DNA from: Pyrinomonadaceae bacterium
GTDB taxonomy: Bacteria; Acidobacteriota; Blastocatellia; Pyrinomonadales; Pyrinomonadaceae
Length of the DNA: 64,000 bases
Direction of reading: 5' to 3'
Assembly (NCBI GenBank): GCA_046313635.1
Contig: JBKBYA010000006.1
Coordinates: 1 to 64,000, forward strand
Shown here: positions 41,200-51,454 of the stretch, piece after piece
How positions within the stretch are numbered: the first letter of the stretch is position 1
Layout of the letters: every line of letters starts with the position of its first letter
Notes under the pieces: model-generated
Told to the model about the DNA's origin: nothing
What the model saw: only the letters and a program-made list of their open reading frames with translations
Databases searched by the model: none
Made by a program: the position numbers and the translations under genes

Positions 41200-41415
41200 T
41201 CATCGACCGACGTTATCCTGACTTGGTCCGACAGCAGGAGAATGCGGACTCTTGTCAGTAAGATTCCCGATCACACCACCAAAAAAGAGTATCGCCAAAA
41301 TGAGGACAAAGGCTCCGATGGACAGCAGGGCCCAGTAGATCCCTCGATACGCTTTTGCGGTATCTTCGCGAACTCCGATATCACTGCCGCTTGAATCACT
41401 CATTTGTTTTGCCAT
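41200..41415 (-). CDS. Small single-pass membrane protein
   Basis: Start MAKQMSD with AAGGA RBS; one TM helix. Confidence 0.6.
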   Translation of the reverse strand: MAKQMSDSSGSDIGVREDTAKAYRGIYWALLSIGAFVLILAILFFGGVIGNLTDKSPHSPAVGPSQDNVGR

Positions 41416-41628
41416 ATCCTTTCCGCGATCCCGCTGCAATTTGTGCAATGGCCGTGCCAGCCTCGACGGCGGCGTATTTAGCCGCATTTGGCGGCGGAAC
41501 GGCGGGCGATCGCCCCGCGGCCAGTACTGTTTGAGTACATTCAGCGTATCGGACAAAGCTCTGCCGTGAATGAAAAAAATATTTTCTCGAGAGCGCGCGG
41601 GTGATGTATCTTACTTCCATAAAGGCAT

Positions 41629-42003
41629 ATGATCCCGGATCGCCCTTATTGGATCGAAATGGAAGACCGCAGCGACTATCTATGGGTCGCTGTCGGCGGC
41701 GACAGGCTGGACGCGCAGATCTCTGCCGCCTATTGGAATGAGATCGCCGAACGATGCTTTGAGTCGGGCCAAGACCGCATCCTGATCGAAAAGGATTTTC
41801 CCAAGCCGGTCGATCCGCCCGAGATGCTGCAGATGGCCGAGCATCTCGGCCGCCTGCTGCCGAACCGGCGTATCGCGTTCTACGATCGTCACGGCCACAA
41901 AAGCATCAATGAGCTCGGCAAGCGGCTCGCCCGCAATCGCGACGTGCTGATGCAGGTCTTTGATTCGACCGACGAGGCAGAAAAGTGGCTCCGCGCGAAT
42001 TAG
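41629..42003 (+). CDS. Hypothetical protein (SpoIIAA/STAS-SEC14-like)
   Basis: RILIE, RRIAF, C-terminal QVFDSTDEAEKWL motif. Confidence 0.7.
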   Translation: MIPDRPYWIEMEDRSDYLWVAVGGDRLDAQISAAYWNEIAERCFESGQDRILIEKDFPKPVDPPEMLQMAEHLGRLLPNRRIAFYDRHGHKSINELGKRLARNRDVLMQVFDSTDEAEKWLRAN

Positions 42004-42114
42004 ACCCGCTCAAGCCGCGGCCTGGATCCGATCGTTTGCCGAACCCCCGAGTTGTACTACTAAGAAATAGACCGCAGTACCGAAGTTAAGACCGTTCGCT
42101 CACAGGAGGATCTG

Positions 42115-42528
42115 ATGGGAAGAAAGATTCTTGGCATCGTCGCCGGCTGGATAACGGCGTGGGCCATTTTTGCTTTGTTTGAAATGATCGCGTCGGCCTT
42201 TGCCCCGCAGCCGCCCGGCAATCTCAGCCATATGACGACCGACGAAGTGAGACGATTTATGCTCTCGCTGCCGCCGAGCGGATACGTGATGATGCTTGTC
42301 GGGTACGTTATCGGCTCGTTCGCCGGCGGATGGATGGCGACAAAGGTCGCGCAGGCGCGCACGACGCCCGCCTTTGCTCTGATCGTGGGCGTGCTGCTGA
42401 TGCTTGTCGGCGTCGCTAAATTCTTTGTGCTGCTCCCTGGTCAGCCGATGTGGTTCATCGCCGCGTCGATGATCACTTACATTCCGCTGGCGTATCTCGG
42501 CTACCTGGTCGGGCACCGGCGGAGCTGA
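42115..42528 (+). CDS. Hypothetical 4-TM membrane protein
   Basis: AGGAGG RBS; RKILGIVAG...P.WF pattern. Confidence 0.8.
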   Translation: MGRKILGIVAGWITAWAIFALFEMIASAFAPQPPGNLSHMTTDEVRRFMLSLPPSGYVMMLVGYVIGSFAGGWMATKVAQARTTPAFALIVGVLLMLVGVAKFFVLLPGQPMWFIAASMITYIPLAYLGYLVGHRRS

Positions 42529-42534
42529 CTTGTT

Positions 42535-42678
42535 AAGTGTGAGTGGTGAGTGGTGAACGGTGAGTGTTGAACGATGAGTTTGGAACAACCAAGCCGCGCG
42601 TCTCGCATCTCTTACCGCTCACCATTCACCGTTCACAGTTCACCGCTAACATCCACTCACCGTTCACCACTCACACTT
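42535..42678. repeat. Inverted tandem 7-mer repeat (GTGAGTG/GTGAACG)n
   Basis: Six units 42539-42580 and about eight reverse-complement units 42616-42674; between convergent genes. Confidence 0.88.
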
Positions 42679-42697
42679 CTACACTAAAACTCGCCGC

Positions 42698-44449
42698 TCA
42701 CTTCTTCTCATAAAATCGCCAACGCGACTCGTAATCTCTCGGCAGCTTCCGATCCGTCAAGATCGCACGCACCATCTCGACCGGGATCGAGCCCTCACGC
42801 AGTATGCGGTCGTGAAATTCGCGATCGGTCATTTTTTTGCTGTCGACGAGCTCGTCGTGCAGGGCGTAAAACTGAAGGCCGCCGATCATATACGCGATCT
42901 GGTAAAGCGGGCCGTAGTCGCCCGAGAACGAACGCCGCACCTCGCCGAGCGCGTTCTCGCGCTCATGGCCGACTCGCTCGACCAGGAAGTCGACGGCCTC
43001 CTGCGGCGTCATCTTTTCGAGATGGAAGTTAAGGCTGAAGATGATCCGGGCGCACCGGTGCATCCGCCAAAAGAGCGCTCCGACGCGGTCCTCGGGCCTG
43101 CGATGAAAGCCCTTGTCCCACAGCAGGAATTCCCAATACAGCGCCCAGCCCTCGGTCCAAAACGGCGTGCGGAACAAATCGCGATACGGCCTGTACCTGC
43201 GATTCATGAACTGCTGCAGGTGATGGCCCGGAATGAGCTCGTGATGCGTCACCGCGCGTGCAAAGTGCGGGTTGTTGCCGCGCATCGACATCATCTTTTG
43301 CTCGTGCGTCATCCCGCTCGTCGGGTACGAAACGAGTATCGTCTCGCCGCCCAAGAAGAACGGCGCGACCAACTGCCGTTCGGGCGTCATCATCTCCATC
43401 CGCCACGTCTCTTTCGCCATGGGCGGGACGGTTACGAGGTTGTTCTTTTCGACAAAGTCGATCGCCTCGAGCGCGAGCGTGCGAATAAGCTCGGGCTGTT
43501 TGCCCGGCTCGACGTATTTTTGTTTGACGGCCTCGAGAGCTCGCTTCCAGTCGTCGCCGTAGCCCATCTCGCGCGAGGCCTTTTTCATCTCGGCCTCGCA
43601 CCAAGCGAATTCTTTGTTCGCGATCTCGACGAGCTCCTCGGGCGTGTACGGGATCATCTCAAACTTCAGCTCCTCTAGCAGCGCGTCGCGGCCGATCGGG
43701 TCGCCGATGATCGTCGTCTTGTCGTCAGCTTTTATACCGACGAGTTTCTCCGTTACGAACGTCGCGTACTTGCCGAGCGCTTCGTCGGCCGTCTTGTACG
43801 GGTCGGCGTTCCACCACGAGAACATCGGATCGTAGCCGTTGTAGAACGTGAACCAGTTCTTCAAAGTCTGCCGCAGGCTCGCGACCGCGCGTGCGGCGCG
43901 ATTGGCGACGGTGCGCTTCGGCTTAGCGGCGTTCGCCGCCTCGAATGAGCGCTGCGTGTCGGCGATCTGTTTAGCAAGGTCGTTCAGCGTCGCTGCGGCC
44001 TTTGCCGGATCGATCGGTTCCATCCGACGCCGCGAGTCTTCGAGATCGCTGATCGCCTTGGCAAAAGGCACGAGAGCTATCATCTCATCTAACTGTCGCC
44101 GCATTCTCGCGAGCTCTCTTTGCTCGTGCTCGAGATAGTTTTTGAAAAGGATGTAATCGACCTGCTCGTCCGTGTTGAGCATGTCGAAATTCAGCCTCGC
44201 GAGCACCGTCAGCTCGTCCGCATACAAACGCGATATCCGCTCAGCCCGGTTCGCCGAGAACGGCGCCGAGTACCACCGGTTGAGCGCCCCATAGTCCTGC
44301 TCAAACTTCTCGATCACACCCCGCAGCCGTGACGGCGGCTCGTTGTAATGCGCGAGCTGATCGCGAGCGGTCGTCTGGGCAACGACGCCAACCCATACCA
44401 ACAGAGCGAGAGATAGAACCCGGACGGAATCCCGTAGTTTGATCAACAT
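42698..44449 (-). CDS. DUF885 family secreted metallopeptidase-like protein
   Basis: HHELIPGHHLQ, TEGWALYWE, WRMHRCARII, YQIAYMIG. Confidence 0.9.
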   Translation of the reverse strand: MLIKLRDSVRVLSLALLVWVGVVAQTTARDQLAHYNEPPSRLRGVIEKFEQDYGALNRWYSAPFSANRAERISRLYADELTVLARLNFDMLNTDEQVDYILFKNYLEHEQRELARMRRQLDEMIALVPFAKAISDLEDSRRRMEPIDPAKAAATLNDLAKQIADTQRSFEAANAAKPKRTVANRAARAVASLRQTLKNWFTFYNGYDPMFSWWNADPYKTADEALGKYATFVTEKLVGIKADDKTTIIGDPIGRDALLEELKFEMIPYTPEELVEIANKEFAWCEAEMKKASREMGYGDDWKRALEAVKQKYVEPGKQPELIRTLALEAIDFVEKNNLVTVPPMAKETWRMEMMTPERQLVAPFFLGGETILVSYPTSGMTHEQKMMSMRGNNPHFARAVTHHELIPGHHLQQFMNRRYRPYRDLFRTPFWTEGWALYWEFLLWDKGFHRRPEDRVGALFWRMHRCARIIFSLNFHLEKMTPQEAVDFLVERVGHERENALGEVRRSFSGDYGPLYQIAYMIGGLQFYALHDELVDSKKMTDREFHDRILREGSIPVEMVRAILTDRKLPRDYESRWRFYEKK

Positions 44450-44461
44450 AGATTTTGTGAA

Positions 44462-44806
44462 TCATTCGAGCGGCTTTGTACGCGCCAACACCATCCAAGG
44501 CAAGGCGACACCGCCGGCGATCCCCACAGCAACGATAATTACGAATATCAGTGACCAACCCAAAACTCGGAAGACATCGTTTAACCAACCATCCGAGAGC
44601 CAGGCGAACGTCAGAGTGGCTACTCCCGTACACGCAACTTGCGCCGCCATCGATGCGAGAAGAACGATCAGCTGGCGAAAAGAGGAAAGCCGGGCATACT
44701 TTGCCAACAGTAGAATCTGAATTGGCAAGCTCACCAGGAAAAACGGAGCGGAGAGGAGTGTGAGAATTAAGACAAATTCAAAGATCGTGATCGAGGAGGT
44801 ATCCAT
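44462..44806 (-). CDS. Hypothetical small membrane protein
   Basis: Three hydrophobic segments; visibly more AT-rich than neighbours. Confidence 0.55.
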   Translation of the reverse strand: MDTSSITIFEFVLILTLLSAPFFLVSLPIQILLLAKYARLSSFRQLIVLLASMAAQVACTGVATLTFAWLSDGWLNDVFRVLGWSLIFVIIVAVGIAGGVALPWMVLARTKPLE

Positions 44807-44930
44807 AGGTCCGCTCGTTGGCTTACTGCTGCTGCGATTCTAAATCAATTCCCGACTAACGAGTTACCCCTTGCCCTTCTTGTTTCCGTACTACAGGAAT
44901 ACCATTGATGCATTTACTTCTTCTTTATTC

Positions 44931-45092
44931 GGCTGTGCCGCAGTGCTGTGCGGAAAGGCTCTGCCTTTCCGGTAGTGGTTATTTCTGATCTCTTTGAGGC
45001 TACGCCTTCGAGCGGCGGAGGCATAGCTTCCTGATAATCTGGGAAGCCTGACGGAAGGGTGCAGCCCTTCCGCACAGCAGTGCGGCACAGCC
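44931..45092. mobile_element. MITE/REP-like element with 25-bp terminal inverted repeats
   Basis: GGCTGTGCCGCAGTGCTGTGCGGAA (44931-44955) vs TTCCGCACAGCAGTGCGGCACAGCC (45068-45092), 24/25 complementary; internal hairpins; no ORF. Confidence 0.65.
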
Positions 45093-45149
45093 TCGAAGGA
45101 AATGGCCGTTTTGAGAATCTCGCTCCGCGGGCTGTGCGATCTGCCGGGA

Positions 45150-46334
45150 TCAACAGCTAAGTTCCGCCAGAAAACTCTCCCCGTCCTTCAACTCCAAACC
45201 GAAATTCTCCGCGATGGTCTGGCCGATGTCGGCGAGGCTTTCTCTCGTGCCCAGGTTTACGCCAGCCTTGGCGGACTTGCCGTAGACGAGGAGCGGGGCG
45301 TATTCGCGGGTGTGGTCTGAGCCGCGGTAGGTCGGGTCGTTGCCGTGGTCGGCTGTGATGACGAGCAGATCGGAAGCTCGCATCGCGGCGAAGATGTCGG
45401 GCAGACGAGCGTCAAAGTGCTCGAGCGCTCGGGCGTAACCTTCCGGATCGCGACGGTGGCCGTAGAGCATGTCAAAGTCAACGAGGTTGCTGAAGATAAG
45501 CCCGCGTGATTCGTCATTCAACGCATTGATCGTCTGGTCGATCGCCTGCTCGTTGTTCTTCGCGACGAGATCGCGTGTCACGCCGAGGCCGTCGTAGATC
45601 GAAGCGATCTTGCCGATGCAGACGACATCGAGGCCGGCGTCGGCGAGCATCGGAAGAAGGTTCTCTCGCGGCGGCGGCACGGCGTAATCGTGACGATTCT
45701 CGGTGCGTTTGAAATCGCTCGCGGTCTGACCGACAAAAGGGCGGGCGATCACGCGGCCGACCTTGTGCTCGCCGTCGAGTATTCGCCGCGCGATCTCGCA
45801 CATTTCGTAGAGACGTTCGACGGGCACGACCTCTTCGTGCGCGGCGATCTGAAAGACCGAGTCGGCCGAGGTGTACACGATCGGCTTGCCGGTGCGGACG
45901 TGCTCCTCGCCCAATTCCTTGATGATCTCTGTGCCCGACGCGGGAACGTTGCCGAGAATGCCGGGCACTCTTGCTTCGCTGATAAATCTGTCGACGACGT
46001 CCGACGGGAAACCGTTCGGGTAGGTCGGGAATGCTTTCTTCAAAACGATGCCGGCCATCTCCCAGTGACCGGTCGTCGTGTCCTTGCCGTTCGACTTGAG
46101 CGCGCATTTGCCGTACGAGCCGATCGGATCTTCGATCGCCGGAAGGTTCTCTAACGGTCGAATATTGCCGAGGCCGAGGCTTTGAAGATTCGGGACGTTC
46201 ACCTTTCGTCCCTTGAAAATGTTGCCGAGCGTGTCGGCACCCGCGTCGCCCCACGCCGCGGCGTCGGGCATCTCGCCGATACCGGCCGAGTCGAGAACGA
46301 TCAGACAAATGCGCTGAAAAGGAGCGTTGGACAT
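45150..46334 (-). CDS. deoB: Phosphopentomutase
   Basis: LIVLDSAGIG, GKDTTTGHWE, YTSADSVFQIAAHE, NLVDFD.LYGHRRD, ADHGNDP, DHTRE. Confidence 0.97.
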   Translation of the reverse strand: MSNAPFQRICLIVLDSAGIGEMPDAAAWGDAGADTLGNIFKGRKVNVPNLQSLGLGNIRPLENLPAIEDPIGSYGKCALKSNGKDTTTGHWEMAGIVLKKAFPTYPNGFPSDVVDRFISEARVPGILGNVPASGTEIIKELGEEHVRTGKPIVYTSADSVFQIAAHEEVVPVERLYEMCEIARRILDGEHKVGRVIARPFVGQTASDFKRTENRHDYAVPPPRENLLPMLADAGLDVVCIGKIASIYDGLGVTRDLVAKNNEQAIDQTINALNDESRGLIFSNLVDFDMLYGHRRDPEGYARALEHFDARLPDIFAAMRASDLLVITADHGNDPTYRGSDHTREYAPLLVYGKSAKAGVNLGTRESLADIGQTIAENFGLELKDGESFLAELSC

Positions 46335-46400
46335 AGGGACGATTTTAGGTTGTGACACGTCGAAAATAAAAACCGACCGCAATGTGGGAATGACCTGGGC

Positions 46401-47531
46401 CTAACGCGCCGGTGCGGTGTAGCCTTCTCGGGCTCTCACTTGTGTTCCGGGCGGCAGGCCTTTCAGCTCGATGCGGATCTTGCGCCAACCGCCGTCACGT
46501 TTGTTGTTCGATGAATAGTAGCCGAGCCGGTACTGAGTGCCGATGGTCTCGGCGATCGAGCGAAAGGCGAGCCGCGCGTCGCTGAGGTCCGCGGCGGGAA
46601 AGACCTTGCCGCCCGACGCGCGCGCAAAGCTCGAGATCTCGTCATTCGCGATCTCGTAGAGGCGCTTGCTGATGGCGAGTTTTTCAAAATCGCCGAGCTT
46701 GCAAAAGTCTTCGGTCCGCTCGAGCTTGTCGCCGGCCGCGCCAAAGCCGCGATAGTAACGGCGGATCTGCGCCGCCGAAAATCGCATCGCGCCGATGCAG
46801 TTGCCGAGCAGATTCTCTTCAAAGAAGGGCCGCGTGTTGACCTGGATAAAGAACGCGACGACGCCCGCCCTTGCGAGCAGTTCCCTTCCCTCGGCAAAGT
46901 CCGTCGCGCTCGTCGAATCGACGCCGTCCGTCAGCGCGACAAGCGCTCGTCGGCCGCGGTATTCCGGTGCCGGTTCGCCACGAAAAACGTTGGTCGCGAT
47001 CTCGACAAGGCTGTCGTAATACGGCGTGCCGTTGCTCGTGCCGACACGGTCGAGGGCCGCGGCGAGAGCGGTGCGATCGTTGGTCAGGGGACTGACGATC
47101 TCGACGGCCGGGGCCGCGCGGTCCGCGTCGCGAACCGTTTTGAACGACACGATCGCCACGCGGTCGCCCGGCCTTAAGCCTGCGATGAAACTCTGCGCCG
47201 AGCGGCGGATAAGCTCGATCTCTGAACGCGTCGACCCCGAGGTATCGAGCAGCAGAGCGACCTCGAACGGCGCTGATGTCGCCGAGAATTCCTCGATCTG
47301 CTGAGGAGCTCCGTCCTCAAAAACGCGGAAGTTCTCTTTCTTAAGATCGAGCACGGCCTTGCCGCTCTTATCGGTCACGACGACCGGCACGTCGACGAGT
47401 TCTGTCTCGACACGAACGACGTCGTCATCCTTGTCTGGCGGCGGTGTGGGTAAAGCGACAGGCTTCTGCTGTGCGGAGACCGCGGCCGAGAGCACCGCGA
47501 AAAGAACAAACAACGTTCTTAGTGAAGACAT
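46401..47531 (-). CDS. Secreted VWA-domain protein (Acidobacteria-type)
   Basis: VVRVETELVDVPVVVTD, LLLDTSGS, LTDGVDS, QYRLGY, VRAREGY. Confidence 0.9.
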   Translation of the reverse strand: MSSLRTLFVLFAVLSAAVSAQQKPVALPTPPPDKDDDVVRVETELVDVPVVVTDKSGKAVLDLKKENFRVFEDGAPQQIEEFSATSAPFEVALLLDTSGSTRSEIELIRRSAQSFIAGLRPGDRVAIVSFKTVRDADRAAPAVEIVSPLTNDRTALAAALDRVGTSNGTPYYDSLVEIATNVFRGEPAPEYRGRRALVALTDGVDSTSATDFAEGRELLARAGVVAFFIQVNTRPFFEENLLGNCIGAMRFSAAQIRRYYRGFGAAGDKLERTEDFCKLGDFEKLAISKRLYEIANDEISSFARASGGKVFPAADLSDARLAFRSIAETIGTQYRLGYYSSNNKRDGGWRKIRIELKGLPPGTQVRAREGYTAPAR

Positions 47532-47710
47532 AGTAAGCAAACCGTCGAGCAACGACACGATTGTACCAAATCGAACAAGTGCCGCCGGCACGATCCGGAC
47601 CGAAGCGAAGCGTCAAACCTGCCGGCGGCCGGGTCTCGCTGTGATAACATCTCAGCCGATCGTCCGTTAGATATTCTCGATGCCGCGGGCACGCGCTGCG
47701 AGGTCCAATT

Positions 47711-49306
47711 ATGAAAACTCGTCTCTCTATCGTCGCTCTCGTCCTTTGTTTGTCCGCCGCCGCGGGCCTCGCCTCTGGCCAGGTGCTCATCAACGAGATC
47801 TCGGCCGACCCGCCGGGCGTCGACGGGCCGTGCGAATATTACGAACTGCGCGGCACCCCGCTTGCGAGCGTGCCAAACATCTACTTTGTTCAGTTCCAGG
47901 GAAATCTCGAGCTCAATCCCGGCGGCGCGATGGTCGTGGTCTCGACGCCTTCGCTGAGCTTTGGATCGAACGGGCTTTTTGCCTTTGTCGGCACCCAGCC
48001 GTGCGGCTCGCGGACGTATCCGGCCGAGACGCTCGTCATCTCGAATGCGTTCATGGACGGGCCCGATACGATCAAGAACGGGACGCAGTCCTATTTCGTG
48101 ATCAGCAGCACCACGGCGCTTACTCCGAATTTCGATTACGACGCCAACAACGACGGGGTACTGGAGCTGCCGGCCGGCGCGTCGGTGATCGACAGCATCG
48201 CTTTCAGCGACGGCGGCACCGGCGACTTCACGTACGCGCCGGCGCTGACGGCGAGCGGCGGCGCGGTCGGCGCGGCGACGCGCTTTGTAAACAATTCGAC
48301 CGCCAACTCGGCGGCGGCCTGGTTTGGCGGCGCCCTCGACGGCACGGCAAACTCGTCCGTTTATTACAGCACCACGGTCAGGACGGCCAACTTCCCGCAG
48401 CCGCCGCTGCTCGGCGTGCTGACGCCCGCGGCGCCGAACAATCTGATCGTTGTCGACAATTTCGCTAGGCCGCCCTTTGACTTTGACGGCGACCAGAAGA
48501 CGGACATATCGGTCTTTAGGCCAAACGCGAACGCCGAGTGGTGGATGCTGCGCTCCTCGAACGGCTCGGTCTATGCCTCGCAATTCGGGACGAGCAGCGA
48601 CGTCCCGACGCCCGCTGATTTTACCGGCGACGGCAAGACTGACATCGCGTTCTATCGACCGTCGGCCGGACAGTGGTTTGTGCTGCGCAGCGAGGACCAG
48701 ACGTTCTACGCTTTCCCCTTCGGCGTCAATACAGACACGCCTGCGCCGGCCGATTACGACGGCGACGGCCGAGCGGATGCCGCTGTCTATCGGCCGGGCG
48801 GCACTTGGTTCATCGCCAGGTCGACCGGCGGCGTCCAAACGACGCAGTTCGGCATCGCCGGCGACAAGCCTGTCGCAGCGGACTACAACGGCGACGGCAA
48901 GGCCGATATCGCGGTGTTTCGTCCGAGCGGCGGCTCGGGCAGCGCTGAATGGTGGATCCTTTACAGCAGCGGCGGCACATTCGCGGCGGCCTTCGGCTCC
49001 TCGACCGACAAGACCGTGCCGGGCGACTATACGGGCGACGGCAAGGCCGACATCGCGTTCTTTAGACCGTCTAACGGAAACTGGTTCGTGCTCCGCAGCG
49101 AGAACCAGAGCTTTTTCGCATTCCCCTTCGGCACGTCAGGCGATCAGATAGCACCGGGCGATTACGACGGCGACGGCAAGTTCGACGCCGCCGTCTATCG
49201 AGCGTCGGCGCAGACGTGGTACGTCAATCGAAGCACGGGCGGCGTGCAGATCGTGAACTTCGGCGCGGCGTCGGACCAGGCGGTCCCGAGCATATACGTC
49301 CGGTGA
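47711..49306 (+). CDS. Secreted protein: lamin-tail-like N-domain plus FG-GAP repeats
   Basis: VLINEI.ADPPG.D...EYYELRG; six DFDGD/DYDGD repeats. Confidence 0.85.
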   Translation: MKTRLSIVALVLCLSAAAGLASGQVLINEISADPPGVDGPCEYYELRGTPLASVPNIYFVQFQGNLELNPGGAMVVVSTPSLSFGSNGLFAFVGTQPCGSRTYPAETLVISNAFMDGPDTIKNGTQSYFVISSTTALTPNFDYDANNDGVLELPAGASVIDSIAFSDGGTGDFTYAPALTASGGAVGAATRFVNNSTANSAAAWFGGALDGTANSSVYYSTTVRTANFPQPPLLGVLTPAAPNNLIVVDNFARPPFDFDGDQKTDISVFRPNANAEWWMLRSSNGSVYASQFGTSSDVPTPADFTGDGKTDIAFYRPSAGQWFVLRSEDQTFYAFPFGVNTDTPAPADYDGDGRADAAVYRPGGTWFIARSTGGVQTTQFGIAGDKPVAADYNGDGKADIAVFRPSGGSGSAEWWILYSSGGTFAAAFGSSTDKTVPGDYTGDGKADIAFFRPSNGNWFVLRSENQSFFAFPFGTSGDQIAPGDYDGDGKFDAAVYRASAQTWYVNRSTGGVQIVNFGAASDQAVPSIYVR

Positions 49307-49677
49307 CGGGCCGCACGCGAGACAGTTCTGCGGCCGGGCCGGTATCGGCCCGGCGGCCGTGAAATCCAGCCGCCGGAAAGCCGCGGCCGCACGCCCGGTC
49401 ACGGATTGTTTTGTGCTATTATCTCCACGTTCACACCCGGACCATCGATTCGAAAAGTGCGCCGCCCGTGTGGCTGTATCCTCATTCTCAGTTCGATGAG
49501 ACCGCCGGTGTGCCGAAAAGAAATCGAGCTCTCAGTCTTGAATACTCCTGCCGCTCTGCGGACGCGAGTGCGATCTTGAAAGGTCGCTCCTCGAGCCCGC
49601 GGGCCAGGAACCTCACGAGACCCTGACGTTCGGTTACTCCCTCTGTTCTCGATCACGAAATTGGAGAAATTTGTTAA

Positions 49678-51381
49678 ATGCGAAGTAGATCTACAATACT
49701 AACCGCTTCGATCGTCTCATCTGTGTCGCTGGCATTTGCACTGTTTGCCGGTGTGCTGGCTCAGAATGCGTTTGCTCAAACGCCCTTGCTCGTTGAGGAT
49801 TTCACGTATCCGGTCGGGTCCGCCCTCACCGCCAACGGCTGGACCGCTCACAGCGGTGCGGGGACAAATACGATCGTAACCTCGGCCCCGAGCCTCGTGC
49901 TGTCGGGCTACCCCGGCTCGGGCGTCGGCAATGCCGTCACGCTCGCGACGAGCGGCGAGGACGTGAATCGCCCGTTCGCGGCACAAAGTACGGGCTCGGT
50001 GTTTGCGGCGTTTCTTGTAAATGTTTCCGACGCCTCGACCGACCCGGCGGGCGGATACTTTTTTCACCTCGGTCCCGACCCGGTCGGCACGACCTTTCGG
50101 GGCCGCGTATTCGTCAAGAAGGATGCGTCCAATAACATCGCATTCGGTATCTCAAAGGCTCTGACCGCCTCGACCGATGTTGCCTTCACCCCGTTCAGCT
50201 ACGCTCTCAACACGACGTATCTGATCGTCGTCAAATACACGATAGTCGATGGCACCGCCAATGACACCGTATCGATGTATGTCGGCACGACCGTTCCGTC
50301 GACAGAGCCTGCACCGACGGTGACGGCGACCGACACCACGCAGACAGACGTCAGTCCGGCAACCGTCTCGCTCAGGCAGGGCTCGGCCACCACGGCTCCG
50401 ACCGCGCGGGTTGACGCGATCCGTGTCGGGACGACATGGGCCTCGGTGACCCAGGGCTCGACAGTTAATCAGCAGCACGTCATCGACTTTAACGGCGACG
50501 GCAAGACCGACTTTGCGGTGGTCCGCAATACGGGCGGCGGCACGGGCGGGCAGGTGACATGGTTCATCAATCTCAACGGTACGGGGACGACCAACGGCTA
50601 CCAATGGGGTCTCGCGACCGACTACTTCGTCCCGGTAGATTACGACGGCGACCGAAAGACCGACATTGCGGTCTGGCGGCCGGTCGCGACCGGGCAGCCC
50701 TCGGGCAACGCGTATTTTTACATTTTGCAGAGCCAGACAAATACGGTGCGGATCGAGGACTTTGGGCAGAGCGGTGACGACCCGACCGTGGTCGGCGATT
50801 ATAACGGCGACGGCAAGGCCGATGTAGCGGTCTACCGAGCGGGAGCTGCATCCGGTCAACAGAGTACCTGGTTTTACAGAACCGCTCCCGGCGGCCCAGT
50901 GATCTATGCTCCGTGGGGGCAGAATGGAGACTTTCCCGCCCCGGGCGATTACGACGGCGACGGCAAGGGCGACTTTGTCGTTCAGCGCAACAACGGCGGC
51001 GGGCAGGCCCGCTTCTGGATGCAGCAATCGACCGCGGGCTTTAACTCGATCGTATTCGGCACACCGTCCGACACGATCGTCCCCGGCGACTACGACGGTG
51101 ACGGCAAGACCGACATTGCGGTCGTGCGTGCATCGGCCGGGCAGATCCACTGGTTCGTACGGCCGAGCTCGACCGGAACGATCAGCGGCGGACCGACGGC
51201 CATCTTTGGAGCGTCGGCGACCGACAATATCGCTCACGGCGATTACGACGGAGACGGCAAGACCGATTTTGCCGTTTGGCGGCAGGGCACGTTCTGGGTG
51301 CTCGGGTCGACCAGCGGCCTGATGGGTGCGAGCTTTGGCGCCGCGGGCGATTACCCGCTGGCTAACTTCAACACTCACTGA
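49678..51381 (+). CDS. Secreted protein with C-terminal FG-GAP repeats
   Basis: GGAG RBS, signal peptide, beta-rich N-domain, six D(F/Y)(N/D)GDGKTD repeats. Confidence 0.88.
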   Translation: MRSRSTILTASIVSSVSLAFALFAGVLAQNAFAQTPLLVEDFTYPVGSALTANGWTAHSGAGTNTIVTSAPSLVLSGYPGSGVGNAVTLATSGEDVNRPFAAQSTGSVFAAFLVNVSDASTDPAGGYFFHLGPDPVGTTFRGRVFVKKDASNNIAFGISKALTASTDVAFTPFSYALNTTYLIVVKYTIVDGTANDTVSMYVGTTVPSTEPAPTVTATDTTQTDVSPATVSLRQGSATTAPTARVDAIRVGTTWASVTQGSTVNQQHVIDFNGDGKTDFAVVRNTGGGTGGQVTWFINLNGTGTTNGYQWGLATDYFVPVDYDGDRKTDIAVWRPVATGQPSGNAYFYILQSQTNTVRIEDFGQSGDDPTVVGDYNGDGKADVAVYRAGAASGQQSTWFYRTAPGGPVIYAPWGQNGDFPAPGDYDGDGKGDFVVQRNNGGGQARFWMQQSTAGFNSIVFGTPSDTIVPGDYDGDGKTDIAVVRASAGQIHWFVRPSSTGTISGGPTAIFGASATDNIAHGDYDGDGKTDFAVWRQGTFWVLGSTSGLMGASFGAAGDYPLANFNTH

Positions 51382-51397
51382 TCGGCCGACATCAAGC

Positions 51398-51439
51398 AAA
51401 AAAAGCCTGAGCGCAAATGACGCTCAGGCTTTTTTTTTT
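51398..51439. terminator. Bidirectional intrinsic terminator
   Basis: A7-GCCTGAGCG-CAAATGA-CGCTCAGGC-T10. Confidence 0.88.
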
Positions 51440-51454
51440 CGGCTCGCGGCCGGC

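Noticed and set aside
49307..49677. Riboswitch upstream of the second FG-GAP gene
   Set aside because: Only generic GC hairpins; no aptamer consensus I can recognise.
51430..51439. T10 homopolymer as a phase-variation tract
   Set aside because: It is the U-tract of a bidirectional terminator, outside coding and promoter sequence.
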